This document shows positions 43,830-47,072 of a stretch of 47,072 bases of DNA, in pieces. A program made the position numbers and the translations under genes. The DNA lies in assembly GCA_028866355.1 (NCBI GenBank), contig JAGWIH010000001.1, positions 1 to 47,072 of the forward strand, read 5' to 3'. Source of the DNA: Alphaproteobacteria bacterium. Its GTDB lineage: Bacteria > Pseudomonadota > Alphaproteobacteria > ATCC43930 > CGMCC-115725. Under the pieces are notes generated by a model. It made no database searches. It was not told where the DNA came from and saw only the letters and a program-made list of their open reading frames with translations. Position 1 is the stretch's first letter; each line of letters starts with the position of its first letter.

Positions 43830-44681
43830 ATGTATTCCATGCAGGCCGTCTCAGCGCAGAACGGAATCGTGCGCCGAGCCAAAGCCGCCGCGCGCGAGTT
43901 TTGTCCCAAGCCGTTGCTGCTCTGGCGCGAAGCGCGCTATTTCGAAAAATACGGCGAACGCGAGCTACGTCTCGTGCGTCACCTCTGCCAACGCGAGCGC
44001 GATGCGGTCGACGTCGGTGCGCACGAAGGCAGCTACGTGCACTTCATGAAACGGTATGCGCGCCGGGTCTATGCTTTCGAGCCGGTTCCGTCGCTTGCCG
44101 AGGCACTGGCATGGAAATTTGCGCCACGTGTCGTGGTGCGTAACATCGCGTTATCGCGTGAATCCGGCATGGCAATCCTGCGCATTCCGTTGATCGACGG
44201 CGCGGCGCTGAACGGCCTCGCCAGTCTGAACAACGGCGCCGGGGCTACGGCGCCTGTCACGGAAATCGCCGTCCAGACGCGGCCGCTCGACGAGGTTTTC
44301 GCCGGCGATGCCGGATTTATCAAAGTTGACGTCGAAGGCCACGAAGAAGCGGTTCTCGACGGCGCAGCCAGAACGATCGCCCGCTGCCGGCCGCGCCTAT
44401 TAATCGAGATCGAGGAGGGCCGCATGCCTGGGGCGCCGGCGCGTATCCACGCCTTCCTGCGGCGTTTCAACTATCGCGGCTATTTCGTTTGTGGTCGCAC
44501 CCTCGCGGGTTTCGAGACGTTCGATCCGACGACGATGCAGCGGCCGGCGGACATCGCCGGCTTTCGGCCCGGCATACCGCGCCAATCGTTCGACCGCTAT
44601 TGCAACAATTTCCTCTTCATCGCCGACGAGGAGGCCGAGCCGCTAAGCACGCGGATCGCGGCGGCGCTACAGCGGATCTGA
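43830..44681 (+). CDS. FkbM-family SAM-dependent methyltransferase
   Basis: The motifs are AVDVGAHEGSYVHFM (SAM motif I equivalent), YAFEPVP, AGFIKVDVEGHEEAVLDGA and LLIEIEE. The start is ATG 43830 or 43839; the ORF-track start 43821 is TTG. Confidence 0.8.
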   Translation: MYSMQAVSAQNGIVRRAKAAAREFCPKPLLLWREARYFEKYGERELRLVRHLCQRERDAVDVGAHEGSYVHFMKRYARRVYAFEPVPSLAEALAWKFAPRVVVRNIALSRESGMAILRIPLIDGAALNGLASLNNGAGATAPVTEIAVQTRPLDEVFAGDAGFIKVDVEGHEEAVLDGAARTIARCRPRLLIEIEEGRMPGAPARIHAFLRRFNYRGYFVCGRTLAGFETFDPTTMQRPADIAGFRPGIPRQSFDRYCNNFLFIADEEAEPLSTRIAAALQRI

Positions 44682-44697
44682 GCCGAAACGCCCGGCG

Positions 44698-45999
44698 TCA
44701 GTATTGCAGGCGGACTTTGGCGCCGATCAGGGCGCGGCTGAAGCCGACACCCGAGGTGTTCGACGTGCGGTTCTGATACGTGAAATCCAGCCCCGCGCTC
44801 CACATCCGGTTGAGCAAGTAGGTCAAGCCGGCATCGGCCTCGTAGATGTTGTCGGTCCGCGACGTGCCTTGGAAGTCGTCCGAGGTAAGGCTGCCGCCGA
44901 CCGTGGCCGTTATGTTGTGCAGAACCTCCTGCTCGATCTCGACGCCGACGGCCGATTGTAGCGCCGATGTCACGGTCCCGGCCGCCGTGGTGCCGAACAG
45001 GTCGACTTCCTGAATGGTGCGCGACGCGTTGGCGCGGATCGAGGTCGACGGCCTGACGTTCCACAACAGGCTACCGCCGAAGCCGGGGCTATGGATCGTC
45101 GGCAGGCGTGAGTCGTCGTAATTTTGCTGCATATAACCGACGAAAATCTCGCCGCTGATCAGCTGCGTGATCAGGACGTCGGTGCCGATGTCGACTTCGC
45201 CGCCGTGCGACGACCGCTTCAAGCCGTTGCTGTCGAAGGTTGACTGGTAGATGCGGTCGTTGCCGGCGGCGGCGATGAAGGCGTGATAGTCCGGAACGAT
45301 CTCGTACGTCACCTTCGGTCCGCCGGCGATCTCGATGCGGTTGCGGTCAGATTCGCGAATCTGCGTGCCGCTCGTCGTGAAGACATTGTTGTAGCTGTAG
45401 TAGTCCACCTTACCGTTCATCTGCAGTCCGAGGACGCCGCGCTCGCGCACGAATTTGAGCTGGCCGCCCGAATCCTGGTACTCGGTTGGATGAAGCTGGG
45501 TCGGTACCGAGCTCGGCGCATAGCGCTCTTCATGCTCGTTCTGGAAGCTGAGGCCGCCGTCGAGGTACTCGCCGTGCAGGATGTCCAGACGGCCGTTGGA
45601 GGCGAGCTGGTAGTTGGTCTGGTTCTCGCTCACCTGCGTCGCGAAGCGGCGGACCTCGGCATTGGCCAAAAAGTTGAGCTGGTTCGTTCCCCAATCGGAA
45701 TCAACCGTCAGGTTCGGCCGCAGCGACGTGTAGAAGTCGCTCTTGGCGTGTGGCGCATAAAAGACGTTCGAGTCCCAATAGCCTTCGGCCTCGGCGCTCG
45801 GAAAGAAGAAGAAGTCGCCGATCCGGCCGCCCACCGGGCTGTAGTCCGGCCGCGGCCGCTGGAGGACGCTGACTTTCTCAGGCGCCGTCAGCTCCGGCGG
45901 CGTGATCCCGGTCGGATAAAGGCCGGTTTGGGCGAAGGCGACGTGGGCCGAAGCGACCATAGCGGTCGCCGTCAGGACGACGATCCCCCCTTTGCGCAT
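44698..45999 (-). CDS. outer-membrane beta-barrel protein (BBP2-like, polysaccharide-locus associated)
   Basis: It has an ATG start and a signal peptide, MRKGGIVVLTATAMVASAHVAFA. An alternating-residue beta-strand pattern runs throughout. The C-terminal aromatic beta-signal is ...GAKVRLQY. Confidence 0.7.
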   Translation of the reverse strand: MRKGGIVVLTATAMVASAHVAFAQTGLYPTGITPPELTAPEKVSVLQRPRPDYSPVGGRIGDFFFFPSAEAEGYWDSNVFYAPHAKSDFYTSLRPNLTVDSDWGTNQLNFLANAEVRRFATQVSENQTNYQLASNGRLDILHGEYLDGGLSFQNEHEERYAPSSVPTQLHPTEYQDSGGQLKFVRERGVLGLQMNGKVDYYSYNNVFTTSGTQIRESDRNRIEIAGGPKVTYEIVPDYHAFIAAAGNDRIYQSTFDSNGLKRSSHGGEVDIGTDVLITQLISGEIFVGYMQQNYDDSRLPTIHSPGFGGSLLWNVRPSTSIRANASRTIQEVDLFGTTAAGTVTSALQSAVGVEIEQEVLHNITATVGGSLTSDDFQGTSRTDNIYEADAGLTYLLNRMWSAGLDFTYQNRTSNTSGVGFSRALIGAKVRLQY

Positions 46000-46189
46000 G
46001 CGCGAAAACCCCTCGATTTGTAAATGTCGAGACCAGCAGCAGAGGGCGAATTGTAATAAAGCGCGTACGGGTTTGGATAGAGCCGGATAGGCCCGCTAGG
46101 GGCCGATTACCGGGCGCTGTTGCAAATTTGCCGCCGAAATAGCCACAGATTTGCCCCAATGTACCCCGCCGTACAGACGTTGCGGCGCG

Positions 46190-47072
46190 TCACGCGTGCG
46201 CGACGTGGCCCGCGTTCTGGATCGCGTTCTGAACGTAGACGTGCACGGCCTGTCCGCCCGTGGTCGTCGCCGCGAACTCGGTGAAGCCGACCATCTGACT
46301 AGGATTGCCGCCGGCCTGTCCGGTCTGCGTGACCGGCGCGCTGATCTGCGTCCAGGTCGAGCCCGTACCGGCCAGATTTACCGTGTCGTTGGTGCCGCCA
46401 AGGATCCACAGCGCGGCTGCGCCGCCAGCGTTCTGAATCGCCGTCGGTTCATGCTCCGCCAACTGGAACACGTCGTTGGCCGTCAGCGTGATGCTGTTGG
46501 CGACACTGGAATGCGCACCGTCGGTCAGGTCGAAGACTTCAACGTTCTTGATGTTGCCGGTGGTCGGATCGCTGCTTAGCGTCGAGGTGAAATCGAGGTT
46601 CTGTGTTGTTGCGCTTTCGATTTCGAGCACGTTGATGCCGCCGGTGGCCGCGCTCGAGCCCGGTGCGCCGTCGATATGCGTGTTGCCATCGATCGTCGCC
46701 GTGCTGCTCCATTCGATCACGCTGGTCGCACCGGCGGTCGTCGAGCCGTTGAGCGTCGCGGCGTCCGAAGTATCGGCGTAGTTGACCGCGTCGGCGCGGC
46801 CGGCGCCGTTAGCCGATGTGTTGCCGCTGTCGAACAGGTAGCCGAAGGTGCCGCTGATCCCGCTCAGCGCGGTGTCGTTGAACGTTCCCAGCGGAGTCAA
46901 ACCCGTGCCGCTATCCTGCGACGCGGCGGCGGCGCTGGCGCTTCCGGTGTCGCCATTGTCGCCGAGCGTATCGAGCGCCGGATTGATCACCGCGGAATAA
47001 GCGTGCTGGCCCGGTCCGATCGTGGCACCGATGTTGAAGCTTTCGCCTTCGATCGTGACGCTCGAAACGTTG
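46190..47072 (-). CDS. C-terminal part of a large secreted repeat protein with T1SS-like C-terminal target region (5' end outside window)
   Basis: The frame is open to the window edge: upstream of the track's GTG at 46990 it reads NVSSVTIEGESFNIGATIGPGQHAYSA without a stop. The composition is Gly/Thr/Ser/Asn/Ala-rich and acidic with no Cys. The C-terminal segment VEVFDLTDG...ITLTANDVFQL...LWILGGTNDTVNL...AVHVYVQNAI resembles non-cleaved C-terminal secretion domains of large T1SS adhesins. Confidence 0.5.
   Translation of the reverse strand, partial: NVSSVTIEGESFNIGATIGPGQHAYSAVINPALDTLGDNGDTGSASAAAASQDSGTGLTPLGTFNDTALSGISGTFGYLFDSGNTSANGAGRADAVNYADTSDAATLNGSTTAGATSVIEWSSTATIDGNTHIDGAPGSSAATGGINVLEIESATTQNLDFTSTLSSDPTTGNIKNVEVFDLTDGAHSSVANSITLTANDVFQLAEHEPTAIQNAGGAAALWILGGTNDTVNLAGTGSTWTQISAPVTQTGQAGGNPSQMVGFTEFAATTTGGQAVHVYVQNAIQNAGHVAHA

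Noticed and set aside
1-47072. I looked for mobile elements, integrases, tRNA genes, CRISPR repeats, toxin-antitoxin pairs and known defence-system genes.
   Set aside because: I found no transposase, integrase, nuclease or helicase-type translations and no regularly spaced repeats or terminal inverted repeats. No tRNA-like cloverleaf stretches were recognised in any frame or intergenic region.

Overview
This is a GC-rich bacterial chromosomal window. The protein motifs look alphaproteobacterial (Hyphomicrobiales-like), but the taxon is inference only. It falls into three blocks.

(i) 1-9991 is a tightly packed, catabolic-looking cluster. It holds two amidase-signature enzymes, a MetE-like domain protein, a ThDP enzyme, a luciferase-like monooxygenase, an alpha/beta hydrolase, an FAH-family enzyme and two paralogous NMT1/TauT-type solute-binding proteins. 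No permease or ATPase is in view.

(ii) 9995-20895 is a mixed envelope and regulatory block. It contains two small secreted proteins, a CBS protein, and a GT4 gene with an MsbA-like ABC exporter and a trehalose-phosphatase-like HAD enzyme. An ECF sigma factor is separated from its probable anti-sigma factor by an opposite-strand galU-like/phosphohexomutase-like pair. An OmpR-type response regulator is followed by a histidine-kinase DHp remnant.

(iii) 21077-45999 is a large Wzx/Wzy-type polysaccharide locus. It encodes an OPX exporter, a PCP/BY-kinase, a WcaJ-like initiating transferase, about seven glycosyltransferase domains (one as a two-domain fusion), a Wzy-like polymerase and a Tat-signal beta-helix enzyme. 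It also has two Wzx paralogues, Gmd/Fcl, two methyltransferases and a beta-barrel OMP. The window ends in the 3' part of a large repeat protein with a T1SS-like C-terminus.

I recognised no rRNA, tRNA, CRISPR array, transposase or integrase. I did not find a clearly unprecedented (for example defence-type) system. The points most worth a second look are:
- the split sigma/anti-sigma arrangement around motif-divergent sugar-activation paralogues
- the DHp-only kinase remnant
- the fused double glycosyltransferase
- the cysteine-ladder beta-helix protein
- the duplicated flippases

All calls come from reading the translated ORFs and the DNA by eye; no database search was possible.
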